A DNA stretch of 63,904 nucleotides, filler included, from an uncultured bacterium (GTDB lineage: Bacteria; Hinthialibacterota; Hinthialibacteria; Hinthialibacterales; Hinthialibacteraceae): assembly GCA_964449065.1 (NCBI GenBank). It is 4 parts of 4 records of this genome, joined end to end, with 100 filler letters (N's around TTAATTAATTAA, not from the genome) between each part and the next. Parts side by side here need not be neighbours in the genome. Positions count along the whole stretch, not along the records: positions 17,508 to 34,817 come from CAYVAZ010000074.1; 3 more parts are not named here. The stretch is one strand, 5' to 3'. The translations under genes were made by a program, and so were the position numbers. Position 1 is the stretch's first letter; each line of letters starts with the position of its first letter. The notes under the pieces are model-generated. The model was not told the origin of the DNA. It was given only the letters and a program-made list of their open reading frames with translations, and made no database searches. This document shows positions 17,895-28,288 of this stretch, piece after piece.

Positions 17895-19097
17895 CTATTG
17901 GTATTGGTAAATATGAACGCCCAGTCCATCAAACTCATCAAACCATTTTCCGTTTTTAACTGAAACCACTCGATCTTCATTCATGACACGCAGCGTTCCA
18001 TTTCTGGGGAAGTACGGCACGTCTGAAAAATCCGCAGCGGCAGGATCAATGCCGGTGTTGACCGCAATCAAATAGACCGAATCTTCATACGTCTTGCAAA
18101 GCATCTCAATCCCTTCGCTGATGGTGGAACCGCGTTCGTAATATTTCAGCTTGGGGTTGGGCAATGTTTCTCCATGCAACAGGACGGGTGATAGTCCTTT
18201 GACTTCGTTAAGAACGTTTGACAGGTGAATCAAAAATTCATGATCTTTCGGCACATGATGCAGGCCCCAATACATCAGCCCGTTCACGCCATGTACAATC
18301 GACTGCCATGCCATAAAGCGGGATTCCTCATAACTCGGATAAAAGAGATAGTTTTCTTGAACCGCGCCGTCTACAGTCGCCCCCCATGAAAACCCTTGCA
18401 AAACGATAAACACCGGCTGGTCTTCTTCCGCCACCGCTTTCATCTTATCGGCATAATCACCCACACAGCTGGGGGTTTGATTGGGCAAATCGCCGTGCCT
18501 GCCATCAGGCGTAATAGCGTAGGTTGCCGGCAGCCCTTCAGGAATAATAGGGTAAATATCCACGCAAATCATATCCGCCGCCGAATTGTATTCTCTTAGC
18601 GTTTCCACCATATTGCGGGGGGCATGATTTAAATAGACCGGCCTGGGATCAAGCGTTTTCAGAAACTCATACCCTTTGGTTAATCCTTCCGCCGTGGCTC
18701 TAGCTTTCGCGGGGTTTTTATTCGTCCAAGCCGGTTCATCCATACTTTCCCAAAACAACAGGGCAGGGTAATCTTTGTATTTCGCGACCCTTTGCCGAAT
18801 GGATTCTTTCTTCTGATTGGCATCACCGGATTCAAAATCAATCGTGCTTCCGAATGACGACCAAACGTACATACCATATTCGTGCGCTTGATCTAAATGT
18901 TTTGCGCCATGAACAACGTTGAACCCCATTGCTTTTGCTTCTTCTAATTCCATTCCATTGGGTAAGCCGTAAGCGCCGATGACAAAAATAGATTCCCCGT
19001 TTCTTTCAAGAAAGTTCTTTTCGTTGATGGTTGTTTCACAGAATCCATTGAGTGAAATAGAGAATGCAAACAGAATAAACAGTTTTTTTAAATACAT
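17895..19097 (-). CDS. Secreted putative glycoside hydrolase (clan GH-A-like TIM barrel)
   Basis: Signal peptide, GFNVV, WESMDEP, DIYP, LQGF and HGVNGLMYW motifs, with a C-terminal beta domain. Confidence 0.65.
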   Translation of the reverse strand: MYLKKLFILFAFSISLNGFCETTINEKNFLERNGESIFVIGAYGLPNGMELEEAKAMGFNVVHGAKHLDQAHEYGMYVWSSFGSTIDFESGDANQKKESIRQRVAKYKDYPALLFWESMDEPAWTNKNPAKARATAEGLTKGYEFLKTLDPRPVYLNHAPRNMVETLREYNSAADMICVDIYPIIPEGLPATYAITPDGRHGDLPNQTPSCVGDYADKMKAVAEEDQPVFIVLQGFSWGATVDGAVQENYLFYPSYEESRFMAWQSIVHGVNGLMYWGLHHVPKDHEFLIHLSNVLNEVKGLSPVLLHGETLPNPKLKYYERGSTISEGIEMLCKTYEDSVYLIAVNTGIDPAAADFSDVPYFPRNGTLRVMNEDRVVSVKNGKWFDEFDGLGVHIYQYQ

Positions 19098-19111
19098 GAG
19101 ATGATCTCTCC

Positions 19112-20764
19112 TTATATCTCAAGCATTGATAGCCTGCGCTGGCCATACCATAAACTGATGATCGTTATTCCGGTCCAAACGATAAACCAAACCAAAAACC
19201 ATGACGCGAATAGATTAATGCTGCCGCTGGGTTTGATGCTCAGGTAAGCGGCATACATCAGCGTCCCGTTCATCATCAGCGCGAGAAACATAAACAACAA
19301 CGCCCCTTTGCCCAAAGAGACCTCCATCAGGTGCTGGTAATCAAAAATGGGAAAACAGCATCCCATCCCAACCGCTAGCACACACAGCATAACGACAAGC
19401 ATGATTCCGTAAATCAAAGACCACACCATAAACGGTATCGTCAAGTTCATCAAAAATATGGATGCAAGCAAAAGAGTAAAACTCACCAGCAATACAGGAG
19501 GGCAAGCAAACAGGATTTTCTGCCCAACCATCTGCATCGATGACACCGGAGCCTTTGCGGCGATCCACACACAACGGCCTTCGCGGGATAGGGTAGGATA
19601 TAAAAAGCGGGCGGATACCGCTGCCGTAATCATACCAATAAGCCCGACATTGCTGATGGCAAACAGCAACTGCAACCCCTCGGCATCCAACGGCAGCAGC
19701 GATATATTTATAAGATAAATAGCGGCCAACGGAACCATCATGAACAACTGTGTCCAAATATTCGGATCACGCCGTAAGATTACCCAGTCTTTTCGCATTA
19801 ACACGCTAAACCGCTGCGGCAATAGGCTCTTGGATTGAAAGGGATTTGTTTCCATCCGTTGAATACTGGGATCGTTTTGCTCTTGGCTTTTTCTCCAGCC
19901 AACAGGGAACAGATGCAGCCCCAGCCAAAGCGTAAACGTAACAGAAGCAACCGCGGATAAGATATTGATCCCTGTCCACAGCCAGCCGCCGCTGCTGCCC
20001 CACAAAAACGGCAAGATGGCATTGGATAACAAATTAGCCGGGGCATAATCCACCCACGCGGATTCTTCTTCCCGCAAAAAGTATTGGATCAATTCGGTTT
20101 GCTGCGGCACCTCGCTCCATAACCCCTCAATATTCAAAAAGCGGATGCCCCCTACCATTACCGCCGCCAGGCACAACCCCACAATCGCAACCGTTTGATG
20201 AAGCCGCTTTTCCGGAAACAGCGACATCAAAGCCATGCCGGCGCACATCCCGGCGCAAACCGCGATGGCGGCTAGTGCGGCGATTGATAGGAAATAAGCC
20301 GTCATGAAAGCCCAATCCAACTCCAACCAAAAATACATCGAAAGAACCGGAGGTATCGATAACACCAAAAATGTTATCCCGCTGCGGATGCCGATTTCAA
20401 ACCATTTGTACAGCAAGGGAATCCAAAGCGGGACGGGGGATACCAAATACACCTTTATATCATTTGAACGGTATAAGGCGGTAAGAGTGGTCATGATGGA
20501 AGAATACGCCAAAAAGGCGAACAAGAATGATCCAACAAATGAGATGAGTTTGGGCAAAACAAGAATAAAGCCCATGTTGATGTTCGCAAGCACTTCCCAA
20601 AAGCGGTTGAACAGCATGTATTCCGCGCTGCAAACGAATATCCCAAATAGCAGCAAAACGCCGTTCTTTAGATAATCGTCTAACCCCATATAGCGCGCAT
20701 TGTTTTTCGCACGAACATACGGCAGTTTTATCAGGACATGAAATAAAAGGGATATGAGTTTCAT
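19112..20764 (-). CDS. Putative ABC exporter permease (multi-TM, 550 aa)
   Basis: About 13 TM segments with two-fold organisation. LYRSNDIKVYLVSPV, KDWVILRRD and SREGR...APVS motifs. Confidence 0.75.
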   Translation of the reverse strand: MKLISLLFHVLIKLPYVRAKNNARYMGLDDYLKNGVLLLFGIFVCSAEYMLFNRFWEVLANINMGFILVLPKLISFVGSFLFAFLAYSSIMTTLTALYRSNDIKVYLVSPVPLWIPLLYKWFEIGIRSGITFLVLSIPPVLSMYFWLELDWAFMTAYFLSIAALAAIAVCAGMCAGMALMSLFPEKRLHQTVAIVGLCLAAVMVGGIRFLNIEGLWSEVPQQTELIQYFLREEESAWVDYAPANLLSNAILPFLWGSSGGWLWTGINILSAVASVTFTLWLGLHLFPVGWRKSQEQNDPSIQRMETNPFQSKSLLPQRFSVLMRKDWVILRRDPNIWTQLFMMVPLAAIYLINISLLPLDAEGLQLLFAISNVGLIGMITAAVSARFLYPTLSREGRCVWIAAKAPVSSMQMVGQKILFACPPVLLVSFTLLLASIFLMNLTIPFMVWSLIYGIMLVVMLCVLAVGMGCCFPIFDYQHLMEVSLGKGALLFMFLALMMNGTLMYAAYLSIKPSGSINLFASWFLVWFIVWTGITIISLWYGQRRLSMLEI

Positions 20765-20782
20765 TGAACTTGATCTTCCCTC

Positions 20783-21197
20783 TCAACCGGTGACCGCAAA
20801 CTTCGGTATAGATAGTATCCCGAAAGGATGGTTCATATCAAAACCATTAGGCACAAAAGTGTCCAAACGCTGAAAAACTTTATCTTCATCAAACAGAGTG
20901 ACCAGATGTTAAAGGGACAATCCAACTCATCATCTTTGCAAAGAGAAAAAATGGCAGCACCAGCAGCGGGTATCCGAAGCCGTAGCGGCTGTAGTATTTT
21001 CCATCTTCTTCCGGCAGGGCCTGGAACATTTTGGCAACCGTTAGTTCACCCTTATGAACAAACGAATCGACCACTTGAACAATCAAGTTTTCATCGACAG
21101 ATGAACCGTGTCCCGAAAAGCATAGGGTGCATATTCCCAACAAAAACAGGAACAGCCATCTGCCGGTAGATTGATCTTGCGACTGTGTGGAGGGCAA
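20783..21197 (-). pseudogene. Remnant of a GT-C/ArnT-like membrane glycosyltransferase
   Basis: TM followed by SVDE acidic motif and YYSRYGFGYPLL loop, then stops after about 100 aa. A hydrophobic tail continues in another frame. Confidence 0.4.
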
Positions 21198-21226
21198 AGG
21201 TTGTACTTCCTTTGATCATTCTAAAA

Positions 21227-21868
21227 CTAATTCGAGAAATTGGGGGGAAAACCGCCATTATAGGTTCGCCCATCCACTACCAAATTCCGGGTCACAATGG
21301 GGTTTCCACCATACCAAAAAATATCGCCATTGCTTTTCAACCCATTCGAGTTGTTATAGGTATTCCCCGTGCCGCCGTTCCGCTGTACCCCGGTAAAGGG
21401 ATTGGCGGAAAACAACCCATTCTCCACCAAATCCGGCCCCCGTGAAAATATATTGTACGCAATATTCGGGTCGCTGGGAGCGAAACCGCTGCCAGGGCGT
21501 TTCGATACGCCGGTTTCATAAGCGGCTTCTTGACCGTTAAAGCGGATTTCTGTGCTATCCTGAAATGGATCTCTCGGCAAAGTGGACATATAGGCAATTG
21601 GACTGGTTAAAAACAACAGCCCGGATGACGCGCGCGCGCGCCGCCCGCTAAATATGTTATCTTCCGATTCCGGCGGATAGGTGTTGTTATCCAAAAAGTA
21701 CATTTCATGCGCTTGTGCCAATGCCCGGATATCGGATTGCGTTCTGGCTACCCTAGCTTTGATCTGCGCGTTTAAGAAATTGGGGACCGCAATTGCCGCT
21801 AAAATACCGATAATGGCAACAACGATCAATAGCTCAATGAGCGTAAATGCATGGCTGTGAATTTTCAT
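21227..21868 (-). CDS. Prepilin-type N-terminal cleavage/methylation protein (pseudopilin-like)
   Basis: HA|FTLIELLIVVAIIGILAAIAVPNF class III signal with Glu+5. Confidence 0.9.
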   Translation of the reverse strand: MKIHSHAFTLIELLIVVAIIGILAAIAVPNFLNAQIKARVARTQSDIRALAQAHEMYFLDNNTYPPESEDNIFSGRRARASSGLLFLTSPIAYMSTLPRDPFQDSTEIRFNGQEAAYETGVSKRPGSGFAPSDPNIAYNIFSRGPDLVENGLFSANPFTGVQRNGGTGNTYNNSNGLKSNGDIFWYGGNPIVTRNLVVDGRTYNGGFPPNFSN

Positions 21869-22014
21869 GGTTCAACTCCATAACTCGCCTTGGAATACGA
21901 TATTATATACAAAAATTATAAAGATCAATTATAAAGATTTGATGAAATGACCATAACACATTTTCGGTTTTCATATATCATGGACTGTAATTCGAAATTC
22001 TTGAGTTTGCTATT

Positions 22015-22788
22015 ATGCCTTTAATCCATACAGAAGCCATAACCCTGCGCCGCCGCCGCATCCGTGAAGCGGATGTTCTGGTCACCCTCTTCACCAAAGA
22101 CCGCGGCAAAATAACAACCACCATCAAAAGCGCCGTCAAAACCAATAGCCGCTTTGCCGGTGTCACGCAGCCATTCAATCATTTGCATGTAATTTTATAC
22201 GCCAAAACAGAAATGCATGAAGTATGGACGCTGACGCAATCGGCTTTAATTCAACAATACCAGAATTTACAATTGGATGTAAACCGCATTGCCGCGGCTT
22301 CTTGTATAGCCGAATGGGTAGACGGCCTCAGTACCGACTTCAATTCCGCAAGGCCTGTATGGACATTACTCATTGAAGCCTTTTCACGTTGGGATGAATA
22401 TCCTCCCCGTATTGAAGACGTGATTTTTTACCAGTTTCACCTTTTGATTGATGCCGGACTCTTGCCCGAAGTTTCACTCTGCATGTCATGCGCTTCAACC
22501 TCCAGTTCTCATTGGGTTTATCATGCCAAAGAAGGCGGGATCTTTTGCCGCAATTGTTCTAAAGAGGGATTGCCGCTTTCCAACGGCTCACTGCAAGCCA
22601 TTCGATTCATGCTGAACCAGCAAAGCCCGCCTACCGTTCGGTTATCCGAGACGCAGTACCGTGAAATCAGCCAACTCTTAAATAAGCATTTAGAATTTCA
22701 CGCTGAATTCTCTCCGAAATCGCACATCAGTTGGGAGCAGTTCCAACAGCATATACATGCGAATCCGGCAAAGAAGGCCGCATTATGA
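22015..22788 (+). CDS. recO: DNA repair protein RecO
   Basis: TEAITLRRRRIREADVLVTLFTKDRGKI OB fold and CxxC...CxxC zinc finger. Confidence 0.92.
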   Translation: MPLIHTEAITLRRRRIREADVLVTLFTKDRGKITTTIKSAVKTNSRFAGVTQPFNHLHVILYAKTEMHEVWTLTQSALIQQYQNLQLDVNRIAAASCIAEWVDGLSTDFNSARPVWTLLIEAFSRWDEYPPRIEDVIFYQFHLLIDAGLLPEVSLCMSCASTSSSHWVYHAKEGGIFCRNCSKEGLPLSNGSLQAIRFMLNQQSPPTVRLSETQYREISQLLNKHLEFHAEFSPKSHISWEQFQQHIHANPAKKAAL

Positions 22789-24089
22789 ACCGCATCATGA
22801 TTTTAGGCATCGGCCCCATCGCCATCGATGAATCCACCAAATTTCATAGCGGCGGGAACCGGGCATGGCACCTCACCAAGCCGTTGCTGGATGAAGGGTT
22901 CGAAGTCACATTGGTTTGCATGAGAATTACGGATAAAACCCAACACCAATCCCCAAACGAAGAAATCAAAACCATTGATAACCTTACCTATTACAATGTG
23001 GATGAGGTTTCACTCTTTGCAAATGACAACTATCTCAAACAACTCATTCAAAAACACAAACCCAATGCGGTTATCGGGGCGTGTGCCTATCCCGCTTCAC
23101 GTGCCGCGCATGTCGCGGGTGGTATTCCCGTTTGGGCGGATATACACGGCTATCCCATGGGGGAAGCACAGGCCAAAGCCGCCCAAACCGGTGAAAACGG
23201 TTTTCTCCATCACTTTTGGAACATCTACCGTCCCATATTGCAGCGTGCAGACCGGTTTTCGGTCACCTCCGAACGTCACCGCATGGCCCTCATCGGCGAA
23301 TTGGGAGCCATGGGAAGGCTGAATAAGAAAACATGGAGCGAGGATTTAGTTACGCAAATTCCAATCGGCTGGGATGAACAGATTCCCTTCCAACCGCGTT
23401 CCCGGACGAAAGACGAGCCCCTCAATGTGTTCTTCAGCGGCGGATACAACAATTGGTGCGACGTGGATACTTTATTTGAAGCCTTAGAAATCGCCATGAG
23501 TACGGATGAGCGTATCCGCTTTCTTTCCACCGGTGGAACAATCGACGGCCATGATGAGGTCACTTACCCCACGTTTGTTGAGAACGTTGCGAAATCACCA
23601 TTCAAAGACCGCTATCACCTCAAAGGATGGGTGAACAAAAATGATTTAGCCCAATATCAAAACGAAGCCCACTTGGGCATTAATGTAGATTTAGATTGCT
23701 ATGAAACATTAATTGGCGCCCGCAACCGCATCACGGAATTTCTTGCCCGGGGTATTCCGGTGCTGTCTACTTTAGGAACAGAAATCAGCCAAATCTTATT
23801 TTACAAAGGTGCCATCCTAACAGCCCCGATACAAAATCCGCAGGCGTTGGCCTGTGAAATGATCCTAGCTGCCAATCATCCCAATAAAATGCAAGACCTT
23901 TCTAAAAGGGGAAGAGAAGTGTTTGAAACGCAATATACCTATAAAACCACAACAAACAATTTGGTCGAATGGTGTAAAAATCCGTTACGCAGCGGAGACA
24001 GCAACATTGAGCCCGTTATTTTGGATTACCGTAGAATGTCGGAAATTCGCCCCAAAAAATCATGGATAAAGAAACTATTTCGTTCATAG
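22785..24089 (+). CDS. Glycosyltransferase (GT-B, family 4-like)
   Basis: N-terminal Rossmann strand, FSGGYNNW and RNRITEFLARGIPVLST motifs. ATGA overlap with recO. Confidence 0.8.
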   Translation: MNRIMILGIGPIAIDESTKFHSGGNRAWHLTKPLLDEGFEVTLVCMRITDKTQHQSPNEEIKTIDNLTYYNVDEVSLFANDNYLKQLIQKHKPNAVIGACAYPASRAAHVAGGIPVWADIHGYPMGEAQAKAAQTGENGFLHHFWNIYRPILQRADRFSVTSERHRMALIGELGAMGRLNKKTWSEDLVTQIPIGWDEQIPFQPRSRTKDEPLNVFFSGGYNNWCDVDTLFEALEIAMSTDERIRFLSTGGTIDGHDEVTYPTFVENVAKSPFKDRYHLKGWVNKNDLAQYQNEAHLGINVDLDCYETLIGARNRITEFLARGIPVLSTLGTEISQILFYKGAILTAPIQNPQALACEMILAANHPNKMQDLSKRGREVFETQYTYKTTTNNLVEWCKNPLRSGDSNIEPVILDYRRMSEIRPKKSWIKKLFRS

Positions 24090-24169
24090 CCTTAGTGATT
24101 TTCCCCATAGACAATCAGTAAAGCTAAGGCTTTAAGGTAGTTGTAAGTTATTTGTAGAAAGGACTCATC

Positions 24170-24517
24170 ATGTTAGAACTTACCAAACGTCCTTATGGCG
24201 AATTACTTGTCATCACGCTGCGTGGAGATATCGATGTATATGCCGCTCAAGAAATTAAATCCTTTTTTGTGGAAGCCCGGTTGGATAAGTTTAAATATTA
24301 TTTGGTCAATTTTGAACAGGTCGGAAAACTCAATTACGCGGCGGTTCAAAATATCAATGGGCCGGTATTGGAATTGATGACTGTGGGAGAGGTATCGCTT
24401 TGTGGTGTTCCAACCAGCATAGAACGCATGGTAAAAAACACCGCCTTTTACACCAAATGCACGGTATACGATAACAAAAAAGAAGCGTTGGCCGAGATTC
24501 TCAGTTCATCTGCCTGA
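24170..24517 (+). CDS. STAS-domain protein (anti-sigma antagonist-like)
   Basis: VITLRGDIDVYAAQEIK...LVNFEQV...LCGV...EAL pattern. AAGGA RBS. Confidence 0.8.
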   Translation: MLELTKRPYGELLVITLRGDIDVYAAQEIKSFFVEARLDKFKYYLVNFEQVGKLNYAAVQNINGPVLELMTVGEVSLCGVPTSIERMVKNTAFYTKCTVYDNKKEALAEILSSSA

Positions 24518-24571
24518 TTCACTCCAACCAACGCTATGTTTATGGCTACTACTATTTAATCTCGTTAACTG

Positions 24572-27427
24572 TTAATACAACTCAAATGCCTCAACGGAAG
24601 TGAACTCGTCTGACTCAAATACACGAATATCGTCGATCACATATTTGCCGCCGCCGACTTCAGATTGCTGCAATGCCACGCCGTTGCCGTCATTCACCAA
24701 AGTCGTAAACCAGCCGAATGTTTGGCCGATTGCGCTCCCGCTTGGCAATGCCGCGTCATCCAATACCGCTTCTTCATTGACAAGAAGATCATACGTGTTT
24801 TGGTTCTGATCCACATGAACCATAAAGCGGTAGGTTTGGTTCGCTTCATACACAAATCCGGTATCTTCCAACTGACCGTCACCGTTCCCATCGGCCAAGA
24901 TTGTCCCTGCATCGCCGAAGGCTGCTAATGGGGTACCGGCTGGAGCCAATACGTTGACGGGAGAACCGGGTGCGGATACTTCCGTTACTTCCGCTTGGGT
25001 GAACAATGCCAAACCGGTTTGATTCGCTTGCTGCGCTCTGCCTGACCAGCGGATGGTTACGTAACGCAAGGTCGGTTCAACAGCAAGAGAGGGTGCAACA
25101 AACGCGTAAGGAACCGTTCTGAAAGTTGAAATTGGGCTAAACGGAATCGCGGCTTCAAAGCCTTCTACTACTTGCGGTGCAAAACGGTCACCCAAGAACA
25201 AGGAATAAAGACTGCTGTTGTCCGGGTCTTCAATATACGCGGCATCCGCGGAGGGAGCGCCCGTGGTTAAGCGTGTTCCGGCGATATCCGTCTCCGCCAA
25301 ATCGGAGAAGCCGGATGAATTCGTGGGTATCGGCAAACCACTGCTGCGGGGTGCAAACTCATTCACTTGCAGCTCAGAGCGGGCCGGGTTGTTTTCATAG
25401 TCTTCTTCAAACAGAAGATTGATATTTTGCGGGCTTTCCGGCGTAACAAACTCCAAGGGATCAAATGAAAAAGCATAATGATCATTTACGGCGATGACAT
25501 CATCGACCAAAATCCCAGTATTGCCTGTATTCAAAAGTTCCGCTTGTTGAATGCTAACGCTTGCTTTGGTATCTCCAATCAAGCCGGAATCCGCATGAAT
25601 ATCATTTACGTATACATCATACTTACCAACGGTTAAGTCAAAAACAACAACAACGTTGTGACGAATCGTTAAATCAGCAGTCACTTCTGCGCTTATGCTG
25701 TGTTCGGTTCCATCTTCCAATGTGATTTGAAGGGAATGATTTACTGCATTTCCATTGGGAATCACCGTCCATGCAATTCGGGCGCTATCTTCAAGTGAGG
25801 TATTGTCAATCATGTTCAACTCGGCATTTGGGGCCAGTTCAAACGCGTTAAAACTCCATTGGGTAGGATCTTCAGCATCAATTGCTTCAGTTAGCCTTAA
25901 CTCATTCGTTTGGTGAAAGACAACTTCCTGCGTGTTCTCATCTTCGCCTTCCGGCGTTTCATTGAGTTCTACAAGCAATAGTTCATCCAGAAATACATTA
26001 CTTCCTTCAGCTGTTAACGACACGGCTTCCGCTTCTTGTGCCTGTAAATTGCCTTGTACATCAATCACAGCGGTTTCAGCGTCTTCCGGTGAAGTGGCAC
26101 GGTACATTTTAATAAAGTACATGCCTAATCCTGGATTGAGAGTGATGGTTACCCAATGCGGCAAGTTTTCGAAGACCGCATGTTCTGTGGCAGCATTTTG
26201 ATTTGCATCATCTTGATGAATGTTGAGAACGCCTCCAGCATTGAACGTGGCTAGAGTGCTCTCACCGAACTGAAATGCCAATGAAGAACCCGCCGTTGGC
26301 GTGAATCCAAAAGAAACCCGTACCGGATCATTTCCATCTTTCATTTCCGAAGGAAACATTGTATACGTGCTGTCGGCTGATAAGTTACCTCTTGCGGGTG
26401 ACTGCCATGTGGTATCTTCAACCGTTTCAAATGTTCCGTTTACACTGAATTCAGAACCAAACAAATCGCCATCGCCGGATTCCGGAAAAGCGCCCAAATC
26501 ATTGTCATCAAACGTTTCCATAAACAATGGGATCAATTCCGCTTGATCGGCCACCACAGGTGTACGGTATGGCACTGGCTGGTATTCAATATCGGGATCA
26601 AATTGAAACAGGTTGTCATACACAAACGTTCCCAATCCCCGAGCATTGGAAATCAGTTCCAACTCACGCAAGGTCTTTCCGGCTTCACCTTCCACGTCAA
26701 AAAACGGTAAATCTTCTTCTACGACAACACCGTTGATGATAAGATCAAAGAGAGAGGTTTCTAAATCAAAATCCAACACAAAGAAAGTCGGAACATTGGT
26801 TTGATAGCCAACGCCGGTATCGGTCAAGTTGGCGCCTTCGCGGTTGATAATGAGCTGTCCAGTGAAGTCTTGTCCGGGAATCGGATTGCCAGTGTCAAAC
26901 TCACGGGTAACCCCACCGAATCCAATCAAGTTAAGCCCTTCCGGCCCCGCGTCAATGCGCGAATCGGTTTCCGGAAACATGGTGCCGCCGGTTTCGTTAT
27001 TCTGAAACGGTACCGCCATCCAAGAAATAACCGCCCGGCCGGACCGGTCGCCTTGATCCAGGATGATGGATTCCCATAACGAAACGCTTCCGTCCGCGCC
27101 TAGCGAACCATCGCCGATTTCGTTGTCATCATCTTCCAGAAGCAACGACACCAGACTGAGTCCGCTGGGATCCGGGATATAGCGGGCTAATCCACGGGTT
27201 TCCCCGATTGCGGATGGCGCTTCAATTTCACGCTCGGTAAAGAACAAACGGGATTTTGTCCGCGACCGTTCCACACCTTCCGGCAAAATAAAGCCGCCAT
27301 TGCGCGTATCGTATTCTTCAAATGTGTCATAATAGAGAACCCGTTCAAAGGCCAGTCCAGGATAACACAGTAAAAGAGATAATGATACAAAAATAAAATT
27401 ACGCATAAATCTTGTTACAACTAACAT
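24572..27427 (-). CDS. Large acidic secreted protein with repeated beta-sandwich (LamG/ConA-like) modules
   Basis: AAGGAG RBS, signal peptide, very D/E-rich, internal repeats. Ends TSVEAFELY. Confidence 0.8.
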   Translation of the reverse strand: MLVVTRFMRNFIFVSLSLLLCYPGLAFERVLYYDTFEEYDTRNGGFILPEGVERSRTKSRLFFTEREIEAPSAIGETRGLARYIPDPSGLSLVSLLLEDDDNEIGDGSLGADGSVSLWESIILDQGDRSGRAVISWMAVPFQNNETGGTMFPETDSRIDAGPEGLNLIGFGGVTREFDTGNPIPGQDFTGQLIINREGANLTDTGVGYQTNVPTFFVLDFDLETSLFDLIINGVVVEEDLPFFDVEGEAGKTLRELELISNARGLGTFVYDNLFQFDPDIEYQPVPYRTPVVADQAELIPLFMETFDDNDLGAFPESGDGDLFGSEFSVNGTFETVEDTTWQSPARGNLSADSTYTMFPSEMKDGNDPVRVSFGFTPTAGSSLAFQFGESTLATFNAGGVLNIHQDDANQNAATEHAVFENLPHWVTITLNPGLGMYFIKMYRATSPEDAETAVIDVQGNLQAQEAEAVSLTAEGSNVFLDELLLVELNETPEGEDENTQEVVFHQTNELRLTEAIDAEDPTQWSFNAFELAPNAELNMIDNTSLEDSARIAWTVIPNGNAVNHSLQITLEDGTEHSISAEVTADLTIRHNVVVVFDLTVGKYDVYVNDIHADSGLIGDTKASVSIQQAELLNTGNTGILVDDVIAVNDHYAFSFDPLEFVTPESPQNINLLFEEDYENNPARSELQVNEFAPRSSGLPIPTNSSGFSDLAETDIAGTRLTTGAPSADAAYIEDPDNSSLYSLFLGDRFAPQVVEGFEAAIPFSPISTFRTVPYAFVAPSLAVEPTLRYVTIRWSGRAQQANQTGLALFTQAEVTEVSAPGSPVNVLAPAGTPLAAFGDAGTILADGNGDGQLEDTGFVYEANQTYRFMVHVDQNQNTYDLLVNEEAVLDDAALPSGSAIGQTFGWFTTLVNDGNGVALQQSEVGGGKYVIDDIRVFESDEFTSVEAFELY

Positions 27428-27492
27428 AAGTACACTCCTTCTATAAGTTTTTTATTATATTGCGCTTAGCAATATATTTTTGACAAATTCAT

Positions 27493-28170
27493 TTAAATAT
27501 TGGCCTTCCACAAATCGCCATTGCTGAAAACACCGTTGGAAGGATTATAGGTGCGGGGAAGCAAGTAAAATTTCAACTTTTCCGGTGTGCTGGAGCGGGA
27601 TGAGATTCCCTGCGCTTGATGCAGCAAACTGTAATAGGTGTCTTCTTCACCGCTGCCCAAATACGCGGAAGGCTCGTCAATATCACCCCGGTGAATAAAG
27701 GGATTTATACCTTCGTGCTGATCGGAATCCGGACCGAAACTGGTAACAATATACCCTTTTTTCCCACCGGCATACGCGTAAGGCAATTGGGGATAACCGG
27801 AAAATATATCCGTTGGAAGTTTGGATATATAAGTTATTGGCGAAGTTAAGTGCGGTACAAAATTGCCCGCGTTGCTGACTTGGACAGTAAAAAATTCATC
27901 GGCATCGGCGAAATCCACTTTGCCTGAGATGACGGTTTCGGTCACATCATCCGTTCCCCGGGGGAAGTGGTTATGGTCCATACGAAACATCATCGATGCT
28001 TTTGCCATCGCGTCCATATCACTGATGGCACGGGCAACTTTGGACCGGGTCTGAGCCTGGATGAAATTTGGAACAGCAATCGCTGCCAATACACCGATAA
28101 TGGCAACCACAATTAGCAATTCAATGAGTGTAAACGCAGATTTTTTCTGGAGGTATTGCCGATTACTCAT
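27493..28170 (-). CDS. Prepilin-type N-terminal cleavage/methylation protein (paralog of 21227-21868)
   Basis: SA|FTLIELLIVVAIIGVLAAIAVPNF. Shares TSPIxY, SxGPD and YNxSNG..SNGD motifs with the paralog. Start uncertain. Confidence 0.9.
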   Translation of the reverse strand: MSNRQYLQKKSAFTLIELLIVVAIIGVLAAIAVPNFIQAQTRSKVARAISDMDAMAKASMMFRMDHNHFPRGTDDVTETVISGKVDFADADEFFTVQVSNAGNFVPHLTSPITYISKLPTDIFSGYPQLPYAYAGGKKGYIVTSFGPDSDQHEGINPFIHRGDIDEPSAYLGSGEEDTYYSLLHQAQGISSRSSTPEKLKFYLLPRTYNPSNGVFSNGDLWKANI

Positions 28171-28260
28171 ACTGTTCAATTTACTTTCTAACATAACAAT
28201 AATGTTTACGTTTTGTTTGATTGCCAAAATACTACAATGACTACTATCAATTCAAATGTT

Positions 28261-28288
28261 ATGCTAGCAATACAAATGACACTGTCAA
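28261..28288 (-). promoter_or_regulatory. Sigma70-like promoter with a palindrome over the -35 box
   Basis: Minus strand TTGACA, 16 nt spacer, TGnTAGCAT. TGACA-C-TGTCA palindrome at 28277-28287. Confidence 0.5.
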
